From Nageia nagi (Eukaryota > Plantae > Pinophyta), in the NCBI GenBank assembly GCA_050084985.1, contig JBITNC010000001.1, positions 169,694,001-169,758,000 on the forward strand: a stretch of 64,000 nucleotides of DNA. The letters are read 5' to 3'. This document shows positions 37,202 to 51,281 of this stretch, piece after piece. The notes under the pieces are model-generated. The model was given only the letters and a program-made list of their open reading frames with translations. It was not told where the DNA came from and made no database searches. A program made the translations under genes and the position numbers. The first letter of the stretch is position 1. Each line of letters begins with the position of its first letter.

Positions 37202-40200
37202 TGATGGAATTGAAGGATTTCATATAACCAATATCTCCTTGGAGTTTCTTCAACAAGAATATGCCATTCATCCATATAGTAAAGGTAAGAAAAAATCATG
37301 CAATAGATAATACACAATGTATAGTGGTTCCTCCATCTCTTGGGAGTACATCCACTTTGAACCATAATTCTATTACTTTCTCAGAAGATAACTCTCTTAC
37401 AAATTCTCAAGATAAGCATTATCATGCTTGATCAAGTTACATAATGAGAGGAGTACCTCTCTATTTATAAGAACTAACCCACCCTTTAACCTTCCTTTTA
37501 CCCAGGGGTAAGGTTAAAGGTGTTTCTATATTTATATCTATTCCTATTTTTATTCTCTTAATGCTTTAAGGTATCTAAAGATACTATAAACACTAAGTGA
37601 ATTTACATTAAAGAAAAATATTACATAATAAATATTACACAATATTACATTACAATTTCTAACACCCCCCCTTAATGTAAAATTGGATATAGAGTTGAAA
37701 AGGAAAAGAAAGAGAAAGTAAGAGAGAGTTCTCCTTCAAGAGATACAAGTGGAGATGAGAACTTTTTACATCTTTGAGAAAGTAATAGAATATAGATGGT
37801 TCTATAATGGTTCAACTACTTAAATATTTTATTAAATGGTTTTACAATACAATCATTAACCAAATTATTTTTTTTTGTACAAGAGTAGTCATTCAACAAC
37901 ATGATGTGAAGAGCCTTCACAAGCCTGCATACTTGAAGTAACCTACAATCTCAAGAAGAACTTGCAAGCTACAAGCATCTCAAAAAATAAGATCAACTAG
38001 ATACATCATATATACATATATAAGATAGATGTTATCCATAAATTGATCAAATATACCAAGTCATCACATATACATAATAAACCAAGTGATATTAATGCAT
38101 TCTCAACCAATGATATAAAAAATATCATTAATCTTTATAAAAAAAAATTGATTTTTGATTTTTGTATTTATTTGTTTTAGATCATTATTTTGTATTTGTT
38201 GAGGCTATATAAAGGTGTCATCATAACATAATATTTCATAATTTAAATCTCCCCTTAATGATAACTTCACCAAAGAAATACTTATGTGACCATGTTAACT
38301 TAACCATGTCACAAATGATAAAAAAATAATAGAACTAAAACACAAATTTAAATTTTTAAGCCATACATGATAACTTGACCAAATACAAAAATCACATACT
38401 AAATAAACTTAACTTTACCAAGAGTGAGTCAATATGCCACAATAAATAAATTTGACTTTAATAAGAGTGAGTCAATATGCCACAATAAATAAACTTGACT
38501 TTACCAAGAGTGAGCCAAGATGCCGTAATAAATAAACTTAACTTTACTAAGAGTAAGTCAAGATACCATCTTAACCATGCTATTAATTAAAATGTATATA
38601 ATGAAAAAAAGGTAGCATTAATCCAACAAGGATGCAATTTTTCATCAAAGGTTGCAATGTGAAGAAGGATGAACCTTTTTAACCATTACAACATTTAACA
38701 ATCACAAGAATGTTGAACCTTTTTAACCACTTCAACATTCAACAATCATGAAGAAGGTAAAACTTTTTTAACCATTCCAAGAATGTAGTTATGGAGAAGG
38801 GAAAATATTTTTAACCACTCCATACACTACAAGAAGTAATGTGGTAAACAATCTATCACCATGGATCTAACTTCTTAACATAGAAGTAAACTATGGCAAA
38901 TAGTGCCTATAAGTTATCACAAAGATACCAAGCCAATACTTATAGTCATAACCCTCCTAAAGATGAAGTAAGCATTACTTCACTCCTTCTTGAGGATAAA
39001 TTTATCAACAAAGTCTTATTTTGATGGATAATAAACACAAAGTCCCATAAAAAATTTACTTCTTGATAAAAAGATGTTTGGATTTTATATTTTTACTAGC
39101 AATGTGGCATAATTCATCAACATGGATATTCTTCCAAAACTATGGAAGTATACTTAGATTTTACTCTCCCTTAAGGGTAACTTTATAAAAATTAAAGCAT
39201 ATTACAAAAAACTCTACACATGTAGATAGGAATGTACATTTCTTACTTGTACACTTTCTTTCCAAAGCAAGGTTAATATTGCATTATCAATATCCTCAAT
39301 AAGACTTGTGGAAAAAGTTTAAAAACTTTTCACTCCAACAAGTATATTAATCAAAATGCATGAGAAAAAAAACTCTAAAACTTATTGTACAACAATTCCA
39401 ATGTTGAGTAAGTTTACAAAATCTACTCCAACAAGAATGTGTGTATATAAAAAAAATTCCATCCAACTAGGATAAAAATAATATGCATAATTAATGAGGA
39501 TAGTAATGTTTGAAGAAAGCTTACACAAACTTTTACTTCAAACAATATGCATAACATTATTATTTTGAAAGTTCAAAATTTTCATATTAACCATTGATAT
39601 AACAAATGCCAATTCATAGTTCAATGCATATAATAAATCTTTATGCAATATAAATTAATCTTAATTTGCAACTAAAGGATAGTTCATAAAAATTAGACAA
39701 ATTTTCATAATGCACATCCATAAGTTTCCATTTTAACATTGTGAAAATTTAATTATTAATATATTGGACATTATCAATTAATGTTATCAATTAAATTGAT
39801 TTTTATATGTCCAACGTTATCTAGAAAGAAATTGCAATACTTGTAAAAAAATAATTGCACAGTAATGGTTGCAATTAATTGCTTTGTAAATTAACTTTGA
39901 TCATTTTATTTTTAAAAAATACCAAACAAGGCATATGACTTGCAAATTATCATAGTATTTTATCTTAAAAATTTATCCAAAAATTTTAAGAAAAGATTTT
40001 GATACTTATCAAATACTATATTTGCAACATTATTACTCTAAAAAAGCTATTAAAGCTATTAAAAAAATAGATCAAAGTTATAATTTTCATATAGGATTTA
40101 GAAAAATAGATCACATTCCTTTTTATGAAGTGGGAAAACAAAATTTTGCACATGGTAATTTTAACCAACTAGTGTCATTTGTGTTTAAATATTTTACCAA

Positions 40201-41696
40201 AAAATTGATATTAACACTTACTACCACATGGTAAAAATCGGTAAATATAAGATAATTCAACAGGAATGTTTACTTTTTAGAAAACCATATCCCATTTACT
40301 TTTTTTAGAAAAAATCCATATCCCATGTTGCAAAAAATGGGTAACATGCCCCCTTTTTAAAAATTTTCCCCTTTTTAAAATCCTTTACTTTTCCTTTTTT
40401 TTTTAAAAAAAAAAACTTGTTTTTTTTGTTGTTGTTTTTCTTAAAAGGATTCTCATTGAAATTATATTAGAGAAAATAAAAGGTTAGTGCAAACTTATCA
40501 TGCACTTGCCTTCTTTTTTAAAAAAACTTCTCCCTTATTTTTTTAATAGGTTGTGCATGCATGCAATAATGCATGATATTTTTTTCATGCACGTCTTTTT
40601 TTTTATGCATGCAAAAATGCATGTTTTTTTTTCTAAATTGCAATTACAAAAAAAAATTGCAACTAAAAAAAATATTAGACTTTTTTCTATTTTTTTAAAA
40701 TAAATTTTGCATGGAACCAACCAGATTTGGTATGCAAACAAATTTTGCATGCATGCAATCATTCATGCACATTAATTTTTACAAACTTATTGTTAAAAAA
40801 AAAATGTGCAATAGCATTATAGTAGTGTCGTAAAAATAAAAAAATTGCAAGACTTTTAACTTTTTCTATACTAAATAGAAATTTCCAATTTTAAACTATA
40901 ACAACTCATTTTAGGCAAATTTACTCAAAATTCACATATTATTACTACACATTAAGTAATTTTATTGAAAAATTGCAACTAACAAATTTTTAGGAAAAAA
41001 AATGCATAGTAAAAATTGAACTAACATGTTCTTTAATCAAATTTTGCTAGACTTAAGCTCATCATCAAGATACCAACAAAAAGGTTAGTGATTAAAGCAA
41101 AAAATTAACAAGAAGAGGTAAATTATACCTTCAAATCCTTTTACCTCAACACTTGATGGAGAGAGAAGAGGAGTGGACCTTCAAGGTTGCTGAAGTGGAG
41201 ACTCTAAGAATGCTTTGATACCAATTGATGTAATTGAAGGATTCCATATAACAAAGATATCTTTGGAGTTTCTTCAACAAGAATGTGCCATTCATCCATC
41301 TAGCAAAGGTAAGAAATAATCACATAAAAGATAACATATGATGTATAGTGGTTCCTTCATCTCTTGGGAGTACATCCACTTGAACCATCATTCTATTACT
41401 TTCTCAAAAGATAACTCTCTTAAAAATTCTCAAGGCAAGCATTACCATACTTGATCAAGTTTGATCAATTTACATAATGAAATGAGTACCTCTCTATTTA
41501 TAAGAACTAACCCACCCTTTAACCTTCCTTTTACCCAAGGGTAAGGTTAAAGGTGTTTCTAAATTTATTCCTCTTTATATTTTTATTCCCTTAATGCTTT
41601 AAGGTATCTAAAGATACTTTAAACGTAAGTGAATTTACATTAAAGAGCAATATTACATAATAATTATTACATAATATTACATTACAATTTCCAACA
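37202..41696 (-). mobile_element. Element E: non-coding Copia-type LTR element (LARD-like) nested in C
   Basis: LTRs 37202-37664 and 41226-41696; perfect TSD GATAG; Met PBS TGGTATCAAAGC at 41223-41212; PPT TTAAGGGGGGG next to 37664. Confidence 0.92.
38400..38535. repeat. About 43-bp tandem repeat inside E (3-4 copies, last fading to about 38570)
   Basis: AAATAAACTTRACTTTACCAAGAGTGAGTCAATATGCCACAAT units. Confidence 0.8.
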
Positions 41697-44600
41697 GATA
41701 GCTTAAGCCTAAATAAAAGAAAATAAAATGATATCAACCAAACACCATTGAGTCATTGATAAGTTTCTCATTGATCATTGATAAGATATGATATGATCAA
41801 GAGCATATGATATGAAATAACATAAAATTGATCAATAATAAATGATTTGCTTATTTTTACCTTGATGAAATATATGATAAATGATAAAATATATGACTTG
41901 ATTATTTCTTTACAATGAAGAGATGCTTGCTCAATGATTAATTGATGATGGCAGAGTGAGAGAAGAGATTCATCCATGTCAAATCCATTATCACTTGGTC
42001 CATAAGACTATGTTTCCCTCAGAAGCCATGATAGTTAACAATCTATGATCAATATCAAAGGAATGAATTAAGAAAAAATGATATAATTATCATGACCCAA
42101 TTGGTTATGTCCTCATTGGGAAATGAGGCCCATGAGAAGTGATAATGATGTTAAGTCAAATGAACCTCAATGATGTGTACCTATTATGACACTATTGAGA
42201 TGCTAAGATGAGATGCATACTTGATGAAAGTGGTTCAAAGATAATGATGACTAGGATGATGATGATAAGATGATTGGGGAAGGAACAAGATGATATGACA
42301 AAATGATGATGTGATGGTATGATAAATATGCACATCACATGAGGGGAAGAAAATGTTAGTGCTATCGATAAGTGATGACAAAGATAAGATAACAATGTTG
42401 ATGGGAGATGAGAAATTATTTTCCTACCTCAAATTATCCACTACTAGATGAATACAAAGGAGGAGTAGGATGTAGTATCAACTCCCAAGATGAGAGGATT
42501 ATGATACATGCTTAATGACAAATGCAAGTGGTGATGATATGATGACAAGATATGATAGCATTTTATACAAATGATGAGAAGTTAAGGATAGAGTACATGT
42601 TAAATAGCTCAACCAACAAAGGTACCATAAGATAATGGAGGCTCAACCTCATGGTATTCTTTCTCATATGATGTTTATGCTTTGATTTGATCATGATTAG
42701 GAAAATAATTTTTTAAAGTCTCCAAATGTTGATTAGGTGGTGCGATTGGTACTCTTGCTAATACTTGACCATTATCTATAAGATCATGAATCTCATGCTT
42801 CACTCACATACACCCATTGGTGTTGTGTCCATTTTTCTTATGATACTTACAAAACTTATTTTCTTGATACCAAGGTCTTATTTATGCTCTTGGATTTTCC
42901 TTATATTGGAGAAAATGTCAAAATATTTTCTTGTAGTAACTTAGGTAGGACATACAATAATGGCTCCTCAGAAGAAGTGAAATTTATTCTTAGCCTTAGG
43001 TTGCTAGGATTCTCTTACTCATGCATGGTTGGTTGATCCCAATTTGCTTGATTAACTTTGTATGAGGGTTTAATTGATTTTTTTCTTTTTATATGTATGA
43101 TAGTTATCATTACATTTTTTATTTTGATCTTGATTCTTTTTGCGTAATTTGATGTCACCCACTTGTATCTTAACTTGCTCAATGATCTTTTCTTGTGAAA
43201 ATGCTTCCTAAAAAGACTTATGTTGTTGTATTTGCAAGGTGGAAGATATTTTTTTATTACAAATATTATAAAAGATTTTGACAAGCTTTTCTTATGGCAA
43301 GGTATATAGTAAATCTATTACAATTGCTCTCCATCTAGCCACATAATTATTGATATAATCATCATCCTATTGAGATATTCTTGTTAGGTCCTTGATAGAT
43401 GATATTTTTCTTATGTTGATGGAAAAATTTTCAACTTGGGTTTATTGATTTTGATTTTGATTTGGGACCCTCAAGGGAGGGATATTATGATGTATCCCTA
43501 ATCCATAATATGGAAGTTGATTAGGCATGATTAAAGAACTTGATTGCAAAATAAGTAGTTTTTATGGACTATGAGATGTAGCATGTTGACTGTGATGATG
43601 AGATGTTGATCCATGATCATGGTTGATGTGTTGTGTACTTGATACAAAATTTGGAACACTTGATGGCAAGTATATGGTTAGGGCTTCTTATGAGACTATT
43701 TTTTGCAAATATGGAGATATGATTTGGGTTTTTACAACAAGTGGTGAAGTATTGATAAAAGAAGGTTGGGGATTAAAATATGAAGGATGATAATTATGGA
43801 TCACATTTTGAATATGAGAATAAGGGGGAATGCTTTGATTATGATGGTGTTGAAGAAAAAAAGAAAGAAAGAAACTTTATTAATATCCATGGGAGACCAA
43901 GAGCGGTCTATGGGATTGTAGAGGCAGTACAACTGTATGTCATTACTAGGCATGGAACATGGGATGCATGACATAGCAAGAGTGAATTATTCAAAAATAT
44001 TAGCCAAATTCTATTAAAAAATAGTATCATAAACAAATTTATTCTTGATGGCTTGAGGAATATTTTGAAATAAGGGATGAGACTTGATTTCACTAGCCAA
44101 CTGAGAACCAAGAGGAATAGTGGCATGATGAGGAGAAGAATGATGAGAAGGATGAGGAGAGCGATGTAAAGAAGAATGATGAAGATAAGTATGATAATAA
44201 TGAGAATTATGAGAAGGGTCATGAGATTTAGGGGTGTTTGACCTAGAATAAAGTGGTTGATATGGTGACCCTTGATCTTGATATTGCTATTAATCTAGTT
44301 TATTAGATTTAGGGGTAGATACCATGTTCTCATAAGGCTCCCTATCAAACTTCCAAGGATTCATTAACCTTGAAAATAAAGGAACAAATGGAAATAACAA
44401 CATTGTTGCTAAATCTAAATATTTCAAAGGTGCTAAAAAATGATAAAAAAACAAAAACCAAGCCTTTTTTTTTTGCTATGCTTTTGATTTAGTGAATGCA
44501 AATCTAATGCACCAACACCCTATATGATAAGATAACAATGATGATTATGTGGATCTAATTGCTTCTTGTTCAATTCGGCTATTATCTTAATTAATGATGA

Positions 44601-47029
44601 TTGATTTTGTGGTAAATTAACCTCTTGATTAGTTTGTCTAATGATTAATCTAGTCAAGTATTTAAGGGTGAAAGATCAATATCTAGGGGAATGGAATGTT
44701 TAAGGGCTCAACTCAATTACCCCACCTTGGTAATGACCTCCAAGTGTGGGTGACACCATGGTAGTGATATCCACTTGCCTGGCTCAATCCTAGGCTCATG
44801 TCATTAAATATGCAAGGTAAATTGACCTATGATATGCAACTAAATGGATGCAAACTACAAATTACACCCTTAAAAAGATATGATAAGGCACTCCTACCCA
44901 AGAAAAAATTTTTACTAATGCACAAATGAAAAATAACTAAACAAATAGTCCTAGGATGAAAATAGCAAACAAGGCTTGATCTAAAGCATAACAAAAGTGG
45001 GATAGAGGTATGGATGATTCCACTCCAAGCTCCGAACATGTACAATACCTTCTTACATGCTTTGATCCTAACTATTACACTTTAGACCAGTTAGTAGCAC
45101 CAATCGACAAGTCAATAAACTAGTTGACCATCTAGTCATAATGGCATCCAAAGAAAATTTAAAAAGAAGTATAAAATATTAAAAATAAAATAATATCATT
45201 ACAACCTAGAAATCAAAATGGTAGTAGTGGACTATTTCCACCTAGTTATAGGGCCTAGGTTACTAAAAAAATAATAAAAAAATGAATTAAGCCTAGCTAA
45301 AAGACTTAAACCCTAAAAGTAAAATAGGGCCAACCAATGCCCTTAGATTTGGCTAATAGATAGATTAATATACTAAGAAATTACTATTAAGGATTGATTG
45401 ATTTGAATTTAGGTGATCATTATTGGATCAATTGATGGAATGCAAATAAGTTACAAGTCAATCAATTTGCTAATGGTTGGCTAGAATCTGCAAATCGATC
45501 TACAAGAAACTGGTTGGTGATTAGTTAGGAATGGGAACTTCAAACTTTCAAAATTCAATTTGCCTTAGCTCCAATATGATTTTATGAAAGAATCAAAATA
45601 TTTTGGTAATGGGAACTGACCTAAAAAGTGAGATAAAGGGACAAAATGAAAATCCAACAAAAGAGAAAAATTTAGAAAATACCTCCAAGTTGAGCTTAAA
45701 GGACCAAAGGAGGTCCCATGGTGATTACCATCTTATGATGCACCCAAACATGGTGACCCTCCACCCAAGGAGAGGACCAAGGTTGTAATACCAATGCTAT
45801 TTATAGATTTTATCTTATAAAAAATGATGAAGGGATGCTCTTGATGTATATACCTATAAGAAAATGAATGTTAATGGGGACCTCAACACCCTAGTCCCTT
45901 AAGACCCTAGAGTGTGCTCAAAGAGAGGTATTCAAACTCCTTTATAGAATTTATACCCCGCATCCCACTATCAAATGGGCATTATAAAGTAATAATATGC
46001 CCATAATTCAAATTGATATGGTCATTCTATGCTAAGATGATGATAAAATGATAAAAAAAAGCTAAACTACCATGAATCTAGCCTAGAAACATACTACATG
46101 CTCACACAAATACATAAAAATGATATAGACAAAGGATACAAGTGCTCCAATGATCTAAGATAGCTCCCAATGCTCTCCACCACCTGTTAGAAATATCAAT
46201 ATATGTTATGGGGTGTGCTAGGGGTGATTAGGGTATGGGATAGTATTCAAGGCTTTGGTTGGGCAAGTGAGGAAGGTGGGTAATGATTAAGAGCCAAAAT
46301 TATGTGAATGGCCAAGAGAGGGAAAATGAGATTTCAAATTTGAATTTATAGACCAATAATTGGATCAATAGGTCAATTGACCTAGCCAGTAAGCTATATA
46401 GCAAGCTAATTGATCAGGGAAATTAGTATATTAGTTCGATGCTTGACATATAAGGTAAAAAATAGCTATGATAGAATGATTAGATGAAAGCATCAAGATG
46501 CAAAATGATCAAGGGAAAGAGACAATTTTTAGGTGCTCACACTTGTTATATAGGAGTATTATAGAGGTCTGTAGGAGGATGTACTTCTTTATTTTGATGG
46601 TATTTCTCCATTATACATGTACATGTTGTAATGCCCTATAGACAATAAGAAATGATCCCATTCCATATTGGACTAGCCCACATTGGGTGAACCAAGGTAA
46701 ATCATCATGTTAAACATTTGTGTGTGTGAGATTTGATATTGTTTATTTGTTATTGTATGATATTAAGTTGCTTTTCCAATTTGCATAGTAGTTTGATGGG
46801 TAACATAGAGAAATTTTCATTTTGAATCTATAAGTGAGCATCTAAGTATGTTATAAGCATTCAATGATTACGGATCATGAATAGGTAAAGAGTTATTATT
46901 TGGAACCATTTTTCAATGTTCATTACAACAAGATATTGGATCACACATTTTGTAAGAATCTAATAAATTTTCACGATGTTCCCATAAAAATTCAAACCTA
47001 ATAGATATAATCTTGCTCTGATACTATAA

Positions 47030-47541
47030 TGTGAAGTATAATCTACTTTTATTAATTCAAAAGAAAATATGCACATCAATATATAGGTTTGAAATCATCT
47101 TATAATAGACTTAAGTGGTTGAGTTGGATAATATCAACACTTAATACAATCCAATTTATAAAATAATAATCTAACTAGAATAGATATTTAAATCCTATAT
47201 AAGATACACCAAACATAGTAGATGAATCACATAAAGCTAACAAAAGATTCTAATATAATACATTTGGTCAAACTTGAACAAAATGAACTAAAATTGGAAA
47301 ATGCAATCAAAACTTGCTTTTATTATGAAACACAATCATGTTTGGAAAACATAGTAGTGTTTTGGCTGAGATACATTTAGGTAAAATATGGTTGCATTTT
47401 GGCTGAAACATGACTGCATTTTTGTTGAAATATGGTTACATTTTTTATGAAACATGAGCAAGGTTGTATTTATGAATAGAATGCATGAAAACTCAATTTT
47501 GATGTTTGATTTTAGTATTTTATGATGCCAAGTTTCTAACA
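47030..47541 (-). repeat. 5' LTR of element A (512 bp)
   Basis: Direct repeat of 18159-18671; PBS adjacent; TSD ATACT at 47542-47546. Confidence 0.9.
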
Positions 47542-47942
47542 ATACTCTTGATATATGTTTTAAGAATGTTAAACATAAATGTATTGTTGGTTAAAAGTGA
47601 TGATTTGTATGTGTATCTAAGTGGAATTGATTGAATGGCATGCATTTTTTGGTGTAGGGAAAATGGTAATTTGGTTGTAGGCATGGAGACTACATTTATA
47701 GTTGTGATGGGACAAAGTTGGGCTTAGCTTTTTCAAGAGGAAAATCAATAAGAATTGAATTCAATATCTATAGATTTTATGGTGGATCATTTTGTTAAAT
47801 GAATAAGAAGCATTTCCATATTTAGACAAATAACCAAAGTCTTACTTTGTTTACTTGAACTAAGAGTCCTTGTTATAGAAAATAAGATTAATAAAAATAA
47901 TCATCATTTTTATTTAGAAGACTAGAAATTTGGCTCTATGAG

Positions 47943-48468
47943 AGGTTTGGACTTTAGGGAAATTGCCAACATTGAGAGGGTTATTTTGTTGATATTTATT
48001 ATTAATTTTTAATCACATGAGAACACCTTCAACTTTAACATTATAAAAAATAAGGTTTTATAAAAAATACAAACCTCCAATTAAAAGAGGTGTAGGAATG
48101 TAAGGTACCCAAAGTTAAAAACTTTAATAATGAAGCACAATTGAACAAGAAAGTAATATATATTTGATATTAAACTTCATGGATGACTAAGAAAATAGTC
48201 AATGCAAGGGTTGGAATTTAGGGGAACTGCCAACATTGAGAGGGTTGTTCTATTGATATTGATTATTAATTTTCAATCATACTAAAACACATACAATTAT
48301 AACATTATAAAATCTAAGTTTTTATAAAAAAAAATACAAACATCTAATTAAAAGAGATGCAAGAATATAAGGTAGCCAAAGTTAAAAACTTTTACAATGA
48401 AGCATAATTGAATAAGAAAGCAATGTATATTTGATATTAAAGTTCATGGATGACTAAGAAAATAGTCA
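47943..48468. repeat. About 265-bp tandem duplication
   Basis: Both units start near TGCCAACATTGAGAGGGTT and end in TTCATGGATGACTAAGAAAATAGTCAA. Confidence 0.85.
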
Positions 48469-50241
48469 AATGGGATTATAGAAAAATGCATATAAGAAAA
48501 CCAAGGGAACACCTAAAGCAACTCCAATGTGCAAGATTGAGAAGTAGATAAAGAAAAGCATAGCACAAGGTATTCAAAGTGTAAAATATAATAGGTTTTA
48601 TTAAAATAGTAAAAGCATACATATGGAGATTCAAGGGGCTCCTTCAACATTTGAGTTTGACAAGATGATCATGATATTGCAATTAAAGGGAGAAACCCTA
48701 GTGGGTTTAGAAGTAATGGATCAATGAGTAGTCCTTCTAGAGTCTTAGAGCTCATGTTACACTTTTAGTTTATAGGTTCTTTCTATTGAAACAAAGATGT
48801 GATAGGTTTGGAACCAATTGTACTATGGGATTTACTAGCAATTAAGCTTTGTCTGAGGTGGGTGGCTTCTCTAATATAGAGTAATGAATTTATAATCTTT
48901 ATAATTCATCCATGATTTCAATGTATGGGAAGATTGACCTCAAATATCATAGTATATGGGGTAAATAAATATGAAATGCTCTACAAAATTGGGTTCCATA
49001 TTGTGTAGTCTATATATACATTAGTATCTAGGGATATTATGGTTTGTCTTAATATAGATATAGTGTGAAAAATCCCTTATCTAACCAAGATGGAATCTAA
49101 GACCATGTGATATATGTATTTTTATGTAATCAAGGATGATAATAGCACCATTATCCAATTTCATGTTAACCAAAAGATAATATAATATCTTTGGTGAAAA
49201 TTATTTTTTTGGTCAAATCCAGGTTTACCTCAACTAAGTCAAGTATATTTCCTTACTAATTATGTTGTTTATATCTTTAGTAGAAGAATTATAGGTCCTA
49301 TTTGAGATCTATGAGGGAGGAATTTGCTTGATATCTAGACCTATGAATTGTAGGAGAGAAGTGGCCTTTGAGTACCAACACCAACAAATATCTTTATTAT
49401 TGTAAGTCGCATTGAGAATTTGAGATCTAAGAGAGTGCATCTCTTTGATTCGGGAGTTTTTGATATCATATGTTGAATTCTATTTAGTAGCATAATAATA
49501 TGGAATACTATAATATCCAATAGGGGATATGCATCAAATTAAACTAGGATGATGAAATGAGGGACAATTCTTTGGCTCGAATGGATCTTGAAAACATATT
49601 AACAAAAACCCTCTCAATGCAAGCCTAACTCGAGTGAATCAAACTAGGTCCTCATACTTCACATCCAAAAATCAAACTTGGAGAGATAAGTGCATAGAAG
49701 AGTTTAATTTTTTCCATGATATCTTAAAATTAGAGTTGAAAATATTGTCTTTCTAGTGAGATAGTTGCAACATAGCTTTTATTCAATTTGTTCTAAGAAG
49801 TTGGGATCAAGCTGAAAGTAGGACTTGTGAAAAGAGCACCTAAATAAGTATAAGAGGTGACTATTTTTATAGGTTTCCCTTAGAAAGTAACATGATTTTT
49901 AGAATAATTTGTTCTTAACATGTTAAAGGACTTCACCTTTATCTTTTGAATATTAACTTCAAGATGATGAATATCACAAAATGTACTTAGAGTATCAACT
50001 TAACTTTGAAGCCTAGTTGTTGTATGAGATAGTAAAATAATGTTATCTATAAATAGTAGAATGAAGGAAATGGAATAATACAATAAAAAACCCACACTTG
50101 AGCCCAAGGTGTTTGAGAATAGTTACTCAATTTCATCAATACTAAACCAAAATAGAGTAGGTGATAGATGGCAACAGGTAAGTGCAAGAAGTTGAGTCCA
50201 CATAAAGTGGAATTTTTGGTACATAGAATTTTTTTGGAGGA

Positions 50242-50425
50242 AACATGATCTCATTACTTAAAAAGGGGATCCTGTATTGATTCCTGATCTCAAACCTAAA
50301 TGAGATCCCATTTTTCAAATAATGAAAACATGATCCCATTTTTAAAATGGGATCTCATTTTTAAATAAGGAGATCCTATTTTTAAATAAAAGGATCTCAT
50401 TCTACAATACAAGATGCCATTTCAT
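50242..50425. repeat. About 20-bp GATC-centred palindromic tandem repeats
   Basis: AAATG(A/G)GATC(C/T)CATTTTT-like unit, about 8 times. Confidence 0.7.
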
Positions 50426-50469
50426 AAATTTAAAATCCAATCCCATCCCTTTGATTTGTATTTTATCTT

Positions 50470-51281
50470 GGGAAAGATATGGTGAGTCAACCCTTAGCCT
50501 TGGATGTGCAAATGCATGATCATAGTAATGTTAACGAAAACTACTAACTTTCGACATATGTTTGATGACCTTTTTTGTAGAATTTTTTCATGAAATTGAA
50601 ACCCATTATAGACGAGAGAGGGAAGATTTCAAATATGTAATTTTTTTAACAATTGGATTATATTTTTTATTTTTTAATTAATTTTCAATGAAACTGGTCC
50701 ATAAACTTGAAAAATTAGGTTCTCTTTTTTTATTAACTTTTTTTTAGGAATTATGAAAAAACATTATGACATCAACCTATATACAATTCTTTAGTAAATG
50801 AAAAGAAATTGAAAATAAGATAAGTTTAGGTCAAATTATTCATGTCATATACAAGCACTTTTCAAAACAAGAATCAGGGCCAATAAAAATTTATAATAAA
50901 AACATATTCATTAAAAAATTATGAAAAACTATCCTCATCAATCTTCAATGTTTTAGGTAACTTTTCTCAAAAGGAATTTAAAAAATACTTTAATTTAGGT
51001 CAAATTATAATGTGTTTACATGTGCATGGTCCTAAAATAATATATTAAAAAAAATAGTTTTAATTCATTCCTATCAAAAATCAATTTCTATCATCTAGGT
51101 ATTGGAATAAATTATATATTTGAAAACTAGATTTGAAGAAATACATTTTTACCTTAGTGATCATTTTCAATATTCTATGTCTAAGTTCTTCAAATTTTGA
51201 GATCAATTGTGACTAAACTTGAAAAATTGAGGAAAAAAACTTCCACTTTTTGGCCATAAAGTGGACCCAACTTCTTTCACT
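50470..51281. mobile_element. Possible non-autonomous TIR DNA transposon
   Basis: Imperfect inverted ends: GGGAAAGATATGGTGAGTCAAC vs reverse complement GTGAAAGAAGTTGGGTCCAC; AT-rich interior. Confidence 0.4.

Larger units (their letters stand above)
32148..46541 (-). mobile_element. Element C: non-autonomous Tat/Ogre-like Gypsy element inserted in the 3' LTR of B
   Basis: LTRs 32148-32926 and 45734-46541; perfect TSD CTTGT; Arg-like PBS TGGTAATCACCATGGGAC at 45730-45713; PPT-like CAAAAGGGATCATC; gag knuckle FCKYHKKNGHNTNGC near 42.8 kb; no pol seen. Confidence 0.88.
26344..46877 (+). mobile_element. Element B: Ty3/Gypsy (chromovirus, CRM-like) retrotransposon nested in A
   Basis: 5' LTR 26344-27042 (TGAT..ATCA); PBS TGGTATTAGAG at 27045; PPT GGGGAGG at 31761; 3' LTR split into 31770-32147 and 46547-46877; TSD AGAAT/TGAAT. 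Confidence 0.9.
18159..47541 (-). mobile_element. Element A: non-autonomous Ty1/Copia LTR retrotransposon, outermost element of the nest
   Basis: LTRs 18159-18671 and 47030-47541 (TG..CA); perfect TSD ATACT; Met-type PBS TAGTATCAGAGC at 47026-47015; PPT at 18672-18685; Copia gag near 26.0-26.3 kb. Confidence 0.9.

Noticed and set aside
43908-44222. Highly hydrophobic membrane-protein ORF
   Set aside because: Artefact of GAT/GAG trinucleotide low-complexity sequence inside element C
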